NCBI GenBank assembly: GCA_958296385.1
Contig: OY282494.1
Coordinates: 1,709,537-1,773,536 of the forward strand
Source of the DNA: an uncultured Dehalococcoidia bacterium
Lineage (GTDB): Bacteria; Chloroflexota; Dehalococcoidia; Lucifugimonadales; UBA3495
Reading direction: 5' to 3'
DNA: 64,000 nucleotides
Positions 27,207 to 35,923 of the stretch are shown here, piece after piece. The notes under the pieces are model-generated. The model saw only the letters and a program-made list of their open reading frames with translations. It had not been told where the DNA came from and ran no database searches. Every line of letters begins with the position of its first letter. Position 1 is the first letter of the stretch. The position numbers and the translations under genes were made by a program.

Positions 27207-27740
27207 TTACCCTTGCAATCTGCGTTTCATGCAGACATAGGGGCGTCCGTATGATTCTGCACGGTCAGCACTGCTACTGCGATTTGCGCCGTAGACACCT
27301 AGGGGGTAGTAATCTCCTCTACGATAGATTGTAGCCGGGCCAGCCACACCACCGGGGGTTTCGTGCTCGATGAGCGGCCCATATTTGCCCAACTTACTGC
27401 GCCAGTGTCCGTTTGGCATTTGCAAAGCAGCGTGCGTCCATTGCCCTTTGCTGCCGTAGAGCACCACTTTCTGATAGCCGCGCTCAAGATTGAATCGTAG
27501 TTTGCACTTTCTGAATTCCAGCCGTGTGAAAAGTTTTTCCAATCCTCCAATGGTATTATCACGCTCTACCGACGGCGGCCAATAATTCTCAATCTCGTCG
27601 CTCCAATACTGGCTGGTATCCCCAACGGCGTAGGCTATGCAGTTGTACATACTAGACGCCGGGCAGATAATCTCGAATTGCTCTTTGGCGAGATTCGGGA
27701 AATTTCTGATCAGACGCTCGCGTTCATTAAGCGTAGCCAT
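27207..27740 (-). CDS. Predicted Cys-His (papain/NlpC-like) hydrolase-fold protein; unnamed DUF family
   Basis: SSMYNCIAYAVGDTSQYW ... KVVLYGSKGQWTHAALQMPNGHWRSKLGKYGPLIEH shows a conserved Cys then His/His spacing. It overlaps the Type ISP gene by 14 nt. Confidence 0.45.
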   Translation of the reverse strand: MATLNERERLIRNFPNLAKEQFEIICPASSMYNCIAYAVGDTSQYWSDEIENYWPPSVERDNTIGGLEKLFTRLEFRKCKLRFNLERGYQKVVLYGSKGQWTHAALQMPNGHWRSKLGKYGPLIEHETPGGVAGPATIYRRGDYYPLGVYGANRSSSADRAESYGRPYVCMKRRLQG

Positions 27741-30700
27741 TGCGCTTACCCCATTCCAGCCACGCTGCCGTCATTGCGAGGACATTGCCCCGGTCTTCGG
27801 GTGGTACGGGGTCAGCGTTCGTTATGGTGCGGAGCACCGGGAACCAGTGCCCTCCTCGCTCCTGCAACCGCTCCAGTATAGACGGCGTTGCCGCGATTCC
27901 CATACTGATGATTTCCTGGTACGCGGTATGCCGCGCCATCTGGCGAAAATTAGAAAGATACATCGTTTCCTCTTCCCACTGATCAGCTAATCGCTGGAAG
28001 TCTTTCAAGTCAACTAATGACTCCATCCTCGCGTAGTACCATTCGCCAGCCGCTAATTTCACTCTACCCGTCGACCCAAAGCCGGTGTCAAAAGGAAGGA
28101 ACGGCAAGTTACGCACTATCTCCATCGTTTTGATGCTAACTGCGGTAACTCGCTTTACCAGGTCAACGATGTAGCGAGGGTTGTCCTGCTCAGCGCACCA
28201 GTCATTGGGGTCGTTGGTGATGCCGCTGGCTTTGTGCGTGGTTACCTGGTAACGGTCAATCAGCCAGTCCAACGCCGAGCGAGTGCCTAGCCGGTACTCG
28301 TGAGACTCTGCCGGGATGCCGGCCAATGTTATGCCGGCGTTATAGATGATGCGGGTCTTGTCGGGGTTACGCGCGCTGCCACCGTAGCCCATCTTTTCTA
28401 CACGATACGCATTCGGCGTATCGGGATGCCAACCGTCGTCGTGGATTTCCTGCATTCGGTACGGCTCTACAGTTTCGTAGTTCACGTGCAGTTCGGCCAG
28501 ATCACGCCCGGCGCGGGCAAAGGCTCGGAAATCGTCTAGTGATACCGACGTGGGAATACGGACAGGGGACTTTGCCAGGTCGTCGGCAAAGGCGGCACGC
28601 CATTGCGGAGAATGCAGGACGCCGTAGGTGTAGTAGAACAGGTCGTCATCGGTGATTGCCGTGCCTAATTGCGCCTGCAATTGTGCTACCGCCTGCGGGT
28701 TGATATTGCTGACCCGATCCAGCTCGAGGTTGTCAGCATCAGGGTATTGCGTCAATGCCTTCGCTGGCGTATAGCGCCAACGGGGTAGATATATGCTGTT
28801 GACGGCGGTAAGGCAAACCTCTGGGATTATATCTGTCAACAGCGCGTGGAAAGGGTTGTTTGAGCCAAGCCCGGTGATGCTGATACCCACATTGTAGGCA
28901 TCAGCATTAGGATAGACTTCGGGGAAACGACGTATGCTGTTGTTCAGTTCCCTGTTGAAATACAGGCGTTGCTTGAAAAATGGGCGGTACGCGGCAAATG
29001 TGAAGCCATCCGGGTCAACCTTGTACAATCGGCCACTTGCCAAGTGCTGGTAATTTTTAGCATCCCAATGGAATTGCTTGGCATCGGTTTGTACGAATTT
29101 CCGTGCTTTATCGGTACGTTCTACAAGAGAGCCGGTGGCATTGGTGTTTCGGAACGCGGTCACTTGCGCGTTGTAGAAATCTACACTACGCCGTATGTTG
29201 GTTTGCAATGACTGTAGCGACGAGTTGAAACACCAAGCGTCCCGATTAGTCTTCAGGCCGCCCATAGATTCATTGAAAATCGGCGCCAACCCGTCGGCAT
29301 CTCCATTACCGTTGCCGGTAGATGCCGCCAACGGGCGCATCGTCTGGAACACCTCGCTGCGCTGCCCAATCCAGTCGCCGGCTTCGTTAGGCTTAATGGT
29401 TTGCCATTCCGTGCTAGCTAAACTGGACTTGTCCAGAATGTCCAGCTTAAGCTCGCGGGTGAGATAATCGCCGATGTCGCGATAGTAAATTGTCGCCCCC
29501 GGAGATTTGCCCGGCTTTTTTACCAGCAAAAGGATAGCTACCCCGGCCCGGCTGCTGGAATCGAAAATACCGCCGCCCTCTTGCCGACGTTTATCGCCCG
29601 ATGTTCTGGCGTCGCCGCGCAGGTTGTAGCAGTAGATGGCGTGAAACTCCTCAGCGACAGCCTTGCGGAAGCCGTCAAAGGCGTTGGATTCGATGAACCC
29701 GCCGTTGGTGACGAAAGCGACAATGCCGCCATTCGCGCTGTCCTGTACTCGATCAGACGCCAATCGGAAAGCTTTAACATACGGGTCATACAGGGCCGAC
29801 AGATGGTGCGCGTTAGAACGGGCGGCGTAGCTTTCCTGCACCCGCCCGTCAATATACGGATAGGCGCGGTTGTTGGTGGCCGACCAAGGCGGATTGCCGA
29901 TGATAACGCGGATGTCCAGCGCCTTTTGCCGTTCCATCCGGGCGTTGTTGCGGGGGAACAGGGCGGCGTCCATCGGGTCATCTGGTTCGTAAGACTGGAA
30001 AGTATCGGTGAGCACGATACCCTCAAAGGGAGTGTACTCGGCGGCGTTGGCCCGGTCGTGGTAGGCGGCCTCAATATTGACAGCGGCGATATAATACGCC
30101 AGTAGCATAATGTCGTTGGCGTGCAGTTCGCCGGCGTACTTGCGGGTCAAGTCGGCCGGCTTGATAAGGCCGCTTTGCAGGAGGCGGTTGATGAACGTGC
30201 CAGCACCCACAAAGGGATCAATCACGTGGACGCCCGCATCGCTCACTGAAACTCCAAACTCGCTTTGCAGAACATCCTCCACGCTGCGGACAACATAGTC
30301 CACCACCTCAGTGGGGGTATTTACGATGCCCATACGCATGGCGACATCGGCCAGGGCCAGCCGGAAAAACCGCTGGTAAAGTACGGCGATGATTTGTTGC
30401 TTGCCAGCGTCGGAAGTGAGGCCCTGCACACAGACGCGGACATCCCGGTAGAAGTTGTCCAAGTCGGCGGTTTCTTTTTCCAGCCCCCGCTCCTCCAAGC
30501 TTTCCAGGGTATCCTGCATTGCCCGGGACACTGGATTGAGCGCGGTAAAGGCGTAATCCTCAAACAGGGCGTCGAACACGGGGCGGGACACCAGGTGTTG
30601 AGAAAGCATACTGATGGCATCGTCCTCGGCAATATCGTCGTTGAGGTTGTTGCGGATACCGGCGAGGAATTGGTCAAAAGTTTCGCGCGCCGCCGGGTCG

Positions 30701-32889
30701 AGGCTGCCGAGTAGGGCCCGGATACGGGCTTCGTGGCGGATTGAGATTGCGCGGATGGTTTCGGCCCACTTTTCCCAATATCCGGGGTCGGCATATTTGT
30801 CCACGATTTTGGCGAGGATAGCATCGCGCAGTTCCAGAGAACCGGCAATCAACAGCGTGCCTTGTATCCCATCCGGCTCTTTTTTGTCGTCGCCATTGTT
30901 ACCGTTACCGCCGATGTTCGTTCCGCCAGGGTAAGGCGGCGGCGGTGGGTTAGCAGTCAGAGCCAGTTGGTTAATCTTGGCCTCAAAGCGGTCATCGTGG
31001 GCGGCGATGGCATTGATGACCTGCCAGACGGCTTTGTAGGTGCTGTCGTTAACCGTTTCCTGCGCGGTGGCGTTGGGGGCCTGGGCGATGGGCAGGATGA
31101 TGTAGCCGTACTGCTTGCCCGGCGCTTTGCGCATCACCCGGCCCACCGCCTGCACCACGTCAATCTCTGATTTGCGGGGGTGCAGGAAAAGAATGGCGTC
31201 CAGGGCCGGCACGTCAATGCCTTCGGTCAGGCAGCGGGCGTTAGACAGGATTTTGCAAACGCCGGCCTCTGGCTCCCGCCGCAGCCAAGCCAAGTGATTG
31301 GCGCGCGCCAAAGCGTTCTGCGTACCGTCCACGTGGTTGACTTCGCAGCGCAGAGTGTTTTCGGCGTCGTCCCCGGCGGCGGTGATACAGCTGTTGATGA
31401 CATCCGGGAAGTATTCGGCAAACTGCTTGGATTGCCGGATGGCGTTGCTAAAGGCAACGGCGCGTTTCGCCGGCTGGGGGTCTGCGCTGAAGTCCAGGCC
31501 CTCGGCGCTGCGCTTGCCCAGGCCATTCCAGCAACCCACCATCCGGGCGCCGTTGTCCATGTTGACCGCGTTGGCGGAATCGGACAGCAGGTTATCCAGG
31601 TCAGTGGCGATCTGTTCCTGGTCAACGTTGAAAATGATGACCTTGTAGTCGGACAGGATGCTCAGCTCGATGGCCCGGCCAAAGCCCAGGCGGTGAAACT
31701 CCGGCCCGTACAGCGTTTCGTCATCCATTGAGGCCAACACCAACTGGCTGTCGTTGGCTTTGCGCCGGGCCCGGTCGCCGTAAATGCGCGGCGTGGCGGT
31801 CATGTAGAGTCGCTTTTGGCTGGTGATGAACCCGTTGTCGTGGACGCGCTGGAAATTGGATTCATCCTTGCCGGTCAATTGTCTGGCGCTCACGCCGGTG
31901 GTGCGGTGCGCTTCGTCGCAGATGATAAGGTCGAATTCAGGCAGGCCGTTGCGCTGCTTTTGCGCCGCTGCCACCACATCCAGCGACTGGTAGGTAGAGA
32001 ACACCACCGTCATATTGTTCTGCCGGTCGGCCCGCCGGAATCTTTCGGCGAGATTCTCCGTATTTGTGGAGGGCGTTTCGGTAAGGTCGTAAGGCGACAT
32101 ATCCTCGTCGTCGCTGCTGCGCCGGCCGGCGCGCGTGTCGGAACAGACGGCGAAAGGCTTGAGGGGCAGGTCGGCGTCGTTGGCCCAGTCAATCAACGAT
32201 TGGGACAGCAGAGAAATGGACGGGGTGAGGAACAGTACGGTTCCACCAACGCTGGCGATGCGCTCGGCAATGCGGAGGGCAGTGAAAGTCTTGCCGGAGC
32301 CGCAGGCCATAATCAGCTTGCCCCGGTCGTACTCATCAAAGCCGGCCATCGTATCCTGGAGGGCGGCATCCTGATAATCCCAGAGAGTCTTGGTTTGGCG
32401 TGGGGTCAGGTCTGCGGGATAGTCCAGGTCAAAAGTTGACCAATCGATGGACGAGTTCTCGAATACGTCCGGCCCCCAGCGGGCAACCGGCTTGCCAAAG
32501 TTGGCCACCGCTTCCTCGGCGTTGCCGGTCCAGACATCCGACGTGGACACAAAGATGCCTTTGGCGAATTGGTCGGAACCGTAAGCGCCCAGGAAACTGT
32601 TAACGTGTTCCCTGACGATGCGGGTTGCCGGGGCGTAGAACTTGCATTGGATTGCCACTAGCTCGCCGCTATCCCGCTCCTCGGCCACGATGTCGATGCC
32701 GATGTCGTGTCGCCCATTATTCCCCGGCCATTCACCCCAAAGCCATACCCGGAGAAACCGCCGGGTCTGTGCATTGTCCCGTTCCAGGAAAGCCTTGACC
32801 AGACGCTCAAACTTCCGGCCTTTCTCGACAGTGCTCTGCGCGCCGGCAGCCAGTTCATCCAGCACGGTGCGGAAAGTTCGGTCAGGCAT
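27727..32889 (-). CDS. Type ISP restriction-modification enzyme (Mrr-like nuclease + SF2 helicase-like ATPase + N6-adenine methyltransferase + TRD) with an extra C-terminal module
   Basis: Mrr-cat N-terminus (GRKFERLVKAFL...DIGIDIVAE...IQCKF), ACGSGKTFT and CDEAHRTTG motifs, MTase motifs VIDPFVGAGTF and IGNPPWSA, and a C-terminal ...SGITNDPNDW...VSIKTMEIVRNLP tail. The start is set at MPDRTF (32889). Confidence 0.85.
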   Translation of the reverse strand: MPDRTFRTVLDELAAGAQSTVEKGRKFERLVKAFLERDNAQTRRFLRVWLWGEWPGNNGRHDIGIDIVAEERDSGELVAIQCKFYAPATRIVREHVNSFLGAYGSDQFAKGIFVSTSDVWTGNAEEAVANFGKPVARWGPDVFENSSIDWSTFDLDYPADLTPRQTKTLWDYQDAALQDTMAGFDEYDRGKLIMACGSGKTFTALRIAERIASVGGTVLFLTPSISLLSQSLIDWANDADLPLKPFAVCSDTRAGRRSSDDEDMSPYDLTETPSTNTENLAERFRRADRQNNMTVVFSTYQSLDVVAAAQKQRNGLPEFDLIICDEAHRTTGVSARQLTGKDESNFQRVHDNGFITSQKRLYMTATPRIYGDRARRKANDSQLVLASMDDETLYGPEFHRLGFGRAIELSILSDYKVIIFNVDQEQIATDLDNLLSDSANAVNMDNGARMVGCWNGLGKRSAEGLDFSADPQPAKRAVAFSNAIRQSKQFAEYFPDVINSCITAAGDDAENTLRCEVNHVDGTQNALARANHLAWLRREPEAGVCKILSNARCLTEGIDVPALDAILFLHPRKSEIDVVQAVGRVMRKAPGKQYGYIILPIAQAPNATAQETVNDSTYKAVWQVINAIAAHDDRFEAKINQLALTANPPPPPYPGGTNIGGNGNNGDDKKEPDGIQGTLLIAGSLELRDAILAKIVDKYADPGYWEKWAETIRAISIRHEARIRALLGSLDPAARETFDQFLAGIRNNLNDDIAEDDAISMLSQHLVSRPVFDALFEDYAFTALNPVSRAMQDTLESLEERGLEKETADLDNFYRDVRVCVQGLTSDAGKQQIIAVLYQRFFRLALADVAMRMGIVNTPTEVVDYVVRSVEDVLQSEFGVSVSDAGVHVIDPFVGAGTFINRLLQSGLIKPADLTRKYAGELHANDIMLLAYYIAAVNIEAAYHDRANAAEYTPFEGIVLTDTFQSYEPDDPMDAALFPRNNARMERQKALDIRVIIGNPPWSATNNRAYPYIDGRVQESYAARSNAHHLSALYDPYVKAFRLASDRVQDSANGGIVAFVTNGGFIESNAFDGFRKAVAEEFHAIYCYNLRGDARTSGDKRRQEGGGIFDSSSRAGVAILLLVKKPGKSPGATIYYRDIGDYLTRELKLDILDKSSLASTEWQTIKPNEAGDWIGQRSEVFQTMRPLAASTGNGNGDADGLAPIFNESMGGLKTNRDAWCFNSSLQSLQTNIRRSVDFYNAQVTAFRNTNATGSLVERTDKARKFVQTDAKQFHWDAKNYQHLASGRLYKVDPDGFTFAAYRPFFKQRLYFNRELNNSIRRFPEVYPNADAYNVGISITGLGSNNPFHALLTDIIPEVCLTAVNSIYLPRWRYTPAKALTQYPDADNLELDRVSNINPQAVAQLQAQLGTAITDDDLFYYTYGVLHSPQWRAAFADDLAKSPVRIPTSVSLDDFRAFARAGRDLAELHVNYETVEPYRMQEIHDDGWHPDTPNAYRVEKMGYGGSARNPDKTRIIYNAGITLAGIPAESHEYRLGTRSALDWLIDRYQVTTHKASGITNDPNDWCAEQDNPRYIVDLVKRVTAVSIKTMEIVRNLPFLPFDTGFGSTGRVKLAAGEWYYARMESLVDLKDFQRLADQWEEETMYLSNFRQMARHTAYQEIISMGIAATPSILERLQERGGHWFPVLRTITNADPVPPEDRGNVLAMTAAWLEWGKRNGYA

Positions 32890-33006
32890 GATTAGCACAC
32901 TCCATAGGTTCTGATGGGACGGGGGAATACTACCGCCGGCAAGCTGATAAATCAAATCTCCGGTTAATCGGCCGGTATGGTGTCAAAGCCGGCGGGTTCC
33001 GGGGTG

Positions 33007-33255
33007 TCAGGCGCCGGCTTTGCCGTTGAGGGACCGCAGCTCGCGGATGAGTTCCTGCAATGCGCGGATTTTGGGTGCATATTCGGCATCCCTTGCGGCT
33101 TTAGATTCAGCGTAGCCTTCCTTAAAGCCTTGTTGCCAGCCATCATCGTAGCCTTTTTGCCAGCCTTTTTTGAAGCCCTTTTGCCACCCCTTCTTATAGC
33201 CTTCCTCGTAGCCTTCCTCGCGGGACAGGGCGATGCGCTTTCTGGCTAGAAACAT
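33007..33255 (-). CDS. Small GxxxG-repeat (Yae1/FliH-like GX3 zipper) coiled-coil protein, copy 2
   Basis: GGAGAGAGG RBS, then ATG 33255: MFLARKRIALSREEGYEEGYKKGWQKGFKKGWQKGYDDGWQQGFKEGY... has nine Gly at exact 4-residue spacing. It is paralogous to the C-terminus of 33317..33814. Confidence 0.45.
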   Translation of the reverse strand: MFLARKRIALSREEGYEEGYKKGWQKGFKKGWQKGYDDGWQQGFKEGYAESKAARDAEYAPKIRALQELIRELRSLNGKAGA

Positions 33256-33316
33256 GGTTCCTCTCTCCAAGCTGATTGCGAACAGCGGCCCGGCAATCAG
33301 GGCGTCGGCGGCTGCG

Positions 33317-33814
33317 TCAGGCGTCGGGTTTGGCGTTGCGGGACTGCAACTCGCGGATGTATTCCCGCATTTCGCTGATGAGGGCCTCGTACTTGGCCTC
33401 CGTTTCAGCACGGCCTTTCGCGATGCCTTCCTCGATGCCTTCCTCACGGCCCTCCACCCGGCCTTTCTCGATGCCTCGCGCTTCGCCTCGCGCTTCGCCT
33501 TCCACGCCGGATAGGGCGATTCGTTTTTTGGCCAGGAACATGATTCCTCCTTCCAGTATGATTGCGAACAGCAGTGCGGCAATCAGGGCGTCGTCGGCGT
33601 AGGCGCGCAGGTTGTCGTAGGCGTACAGCCAGTTTTGCCACCAGGGGGTGGCGGGGGTGGTTGCGGTTGCGGCTTGCGCTTGCAGCCACACGGCCAGGGC
33701 AAAGCGCCCGCCGGTGCAAAGCACGAATACGGTCAGGATTTCGGCAAACCAGGCGGGCAAGGCCGTATGGCTGCGGATGTAGCCAATTATGTCGGATAAC
33801 AGCGCGTCGGTCAA
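33317..33814 (-). CDS. Membrane protein (2-3 TM) with a C-terminal GxxxG-repeat coiled coil, copy 1
   Basis: TM segments AWFAEILTVFVLCTGGRFALAVWL and ALIAALLFAIIL, then MFLAKKRIALSGVEGEARGEARGIEKGRVEGREEGIEEGIAKGR. An internal AAGGAGG+ATG sits at the MFLAKK position. Confidence 0.5.
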   Translation of the reverse strand: MTDALLSDIIGYIRSHTALPAWFAEILTVFVLCTGGRFALAVWLQAQAATATTPATPWWQNWLYAYDNLRAYADDALIAALLFAIILEGGIMFLAKKRIALSGVEGEARGEARGIEKGRVEGREEGIEEGIAKGRAETEAKYEALISEMREYIRELQSRNAKPDA

Positions 33815-33848
33815 TTTGGGCGGGTTCCTTTGTTTGCCGGGCTTGGCG

Positions 33849-35129
33849 TTACGGGGGCGGTATCATCGCAAAGCCGGTGTAGGGTTGCAGGGTTTGGGGG
33901 ATGGTTATTGAGCCGTCGGGCTGCTGGTTGTTTTCCAGGATGGCGATGATGACGCGGGGGAGGGCGAGGCCGGAGCCGTTGAGGGTGTGGACGAATTGCG
34001 GGCGCGCGCCGGCGGCGGGACGGTAGCGCACGTTGGCCCGGCGCGCCTGAAAGTCGGTGCAGTTGGAACACGACGACACTTCCAGCCACTCTTGCGAACC
34101 GGCGGCCCATACTTCTATGTCGTAAGACTTTACCGATGGGAAAGATATGTCGCCGGCGCAGAGTTGCAGGATGCGGTAGGGCAGGTTGAGCCGCTGGCAG
34201 ACGGCCTCGGCGTTGGCGAGGAGAGATTCCAGTTCGTCAAAAGATGTATCGGGTTCGACGAATTTGTACATCTCTACCTTGTTGAACTGGTGGACGCGCT
34301 TGATGCCCCGGGTATCGCGGCCGGCGGCGGCTTTCTCCCGGCGAAAGCAGGGGGTTTGGGCGACGTAGTAGAGGGGCAGTTCGCCGGCGGACAGGATTTC
34401 GTCGCGATGCAGGTTGGTCACCGGCACTTCGGCGGTGGGAATCAGCCAGAGGTCGTCCTCGGCGTCGTGGTAGAGGTTGTCGGCAAAGCGGGGCAGGTTG
34501 CCGGAGCCTTCCATTATCTCGCGGCGCACCAGGATGGGCAGGGCCAGCTCGGTGTAGCCGTGTTCGCGTCCGTGGAGGTCGAGCATCCAGGCGATGATGG
34601 CGCGCTCCAGGCGGGCGCCGTAGCCGTTGAGGGTGTAAAACCGGCTGCCGGACAGCTTGACGCCGCGCTGAAAGTCGATGATGCCCAGCCGCTCGGCGAT
34701 GTCCCAATGGGGCTGCGGCGCAAAGTCCAGGACGGGCAGCTCACCCCAATGGCGCAGGACGACGTTGCCGGATTCGTCCCGGCCGTCGGGCGTGCTGGCA
34801 TCGGGCAGATTGGGCAGCTCCAGCAGCAGGTCGTTAAGGCGGGCGTCCAGCGTGCGGACGGTATCCTCCAGAGCAGCGATCTGCTGGCCGACGGCGCGCA
34901 TCTCCGCCACCACGTCATCCGGCGGCGGCTGCCCCTGAGCGCGGGCCTGCCCGATGGCACGGGAAACCTGATTGCGGCGGGCGCGCAGCTCATCGCCCTC
35001 AGTAACGGCAACACGGCGCCGGGCATCCAGGGCCAGGATTTCATCCAGGCAATCCTCATCCTCAGCCCGCCGCACCAGGGCAGCGCGGACGGTATCGGGT
35101 TCGTTGCGGATAAGTTCGAGAGAAAGCAT
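33849..35129 (-). CDS. serS: Serine--tRNA ligase
   Basis: MLSLELIRNEPDTVRAAL... coiled-coil arm plus class II motifs (FRRE..., GSGLALPR). Confidence 0.93.
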   Translation of the reverse strand: MLSLELIRNEPDTVRAALVRRAEDEDCLDEILALDARRRVAVTEGDELRARRNQVSRAIGQARAQGQPPPDDVVAEMRAVGQQIAALEDTVRTLDARLNDLLLELPNLPDASTPDGRDESGNVVLRHWGELPVLDFAPQPHWDIAERLGIIDFQRGVKLSGSRFYTLNGYGARLERAIIAWMLDLHGREHGYTELALPILVRREIMEGSGNLPRFADNLYHDAEDDLWLIPTAEVPVTNLHRDEILSAGELPLYYVAQTPCFRREKAAAGRDTRGIKRVHQFNKVEMYKFVEPDTSFDELESLLANAEAVCQRLNLPYRILQLCAGDISFPSVKSYDIEVWAAGSQEWLEVSSCSNCTDFQARRANVRYRPAAGARPQFVHTLNGSGLALPRVIIAILENNQQPDGSITIPQTLQPYTGFAMIPPP

Positions 35130-35136
35130 AAGGCAG

Positions 35137-35814
35137 TCAGCGTTCCATTAGTTTTGCGGTGATGGTTTCGTGTTTCGGATTGTCGGGCGTCAGCGGATAT
35201 TGAGATTCAAGATTCGCCATTTCCTGGAGTAGCAAGAGTAATTTCCTGCGTGTTGCCGGGCTGACCGTAATCAGGTCTTCCATCAGTTGCTCAACCCGTT
35301 CTTCCGCTTTCATTCTGATTACCCGTTCATCGATATGGAGGCGGCCCCCGGCGAAAGGGTCAGGGTTGCGGTAGCGCTTTTCGTTGATACTTCCCCATGG
35401 TATGCCATCGGGAAAATCACGCGGGTACAGAGCAATGATGTCGTCTTCGGAGCGAATTAGCACTTCCACGACTTCAACGCCCAAGTTTTGGTACTTGTTC
35501 CGCTTGTCGTCAGTCAAGGGTGAGTTCACGGTAACTTCAATCACCCGTATCGGGTTCAATTGGGCATCGTAGATTACCAGGTCCGGAACCCGGCCGGCGA
35601 TTGTCTGGCTGACGCGGCCCTGCTGTACATGGTGCATATTGTCGCGCAAGTCGCCCGACAATTCGCCATTCGCCAATCGTACACAAACCGGGCTGTCGCC
35701 ATGCAGCCTTTCCCAGATTAACCCGATCGCGTACTCGTGCAGCAGCGACAATGGGTACGCCTGACTGCCAACGTTACTGTCCCACATTTCATCTTTGAGC
35801 ATAGGTGCGGCCAT
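35137..35814 (-). CDS. Hypothetical protein with a PD-(D/E)xK/CoiA-like nuclease core
   Basis: RVPDLVIYDAQLNPIRVIEVTVNSPLTDDKRNKY, followed by a helical C-terminus. Lower GC. Confidence 0.45.
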   Translation of the reverse strand: MAAPMLKDEMWDSNVGSQAYPLSLLHEYAIGLIWERLHGDSPVCVRLANGELSGDLRDNMHHVQQGRVSQTIAGRVPDLVIYDAQLNPIRVIEVTVNSPLTDDKRNKYQNLGVEVVEVLIRSEDDIIALYPRDFPDGIPWGSINEKRYRNPDPFAGGRLHIDERVIRMKAEERVEQLMEDLITVSPATRRKLLLLLQEMANLESQYPLTPDNPKHETITAKLMER

Positions 35815-35923
35815 CGGGGTATATCCTTGTAAGGCGGGTAGTTCGGGGAATAGCAGAAAAATGGACGCTCAGGACTCTAATCGTTCCGTCGCGTCATCCG
35901 GGGTTGCGGCGTTGGCGGCGCTT

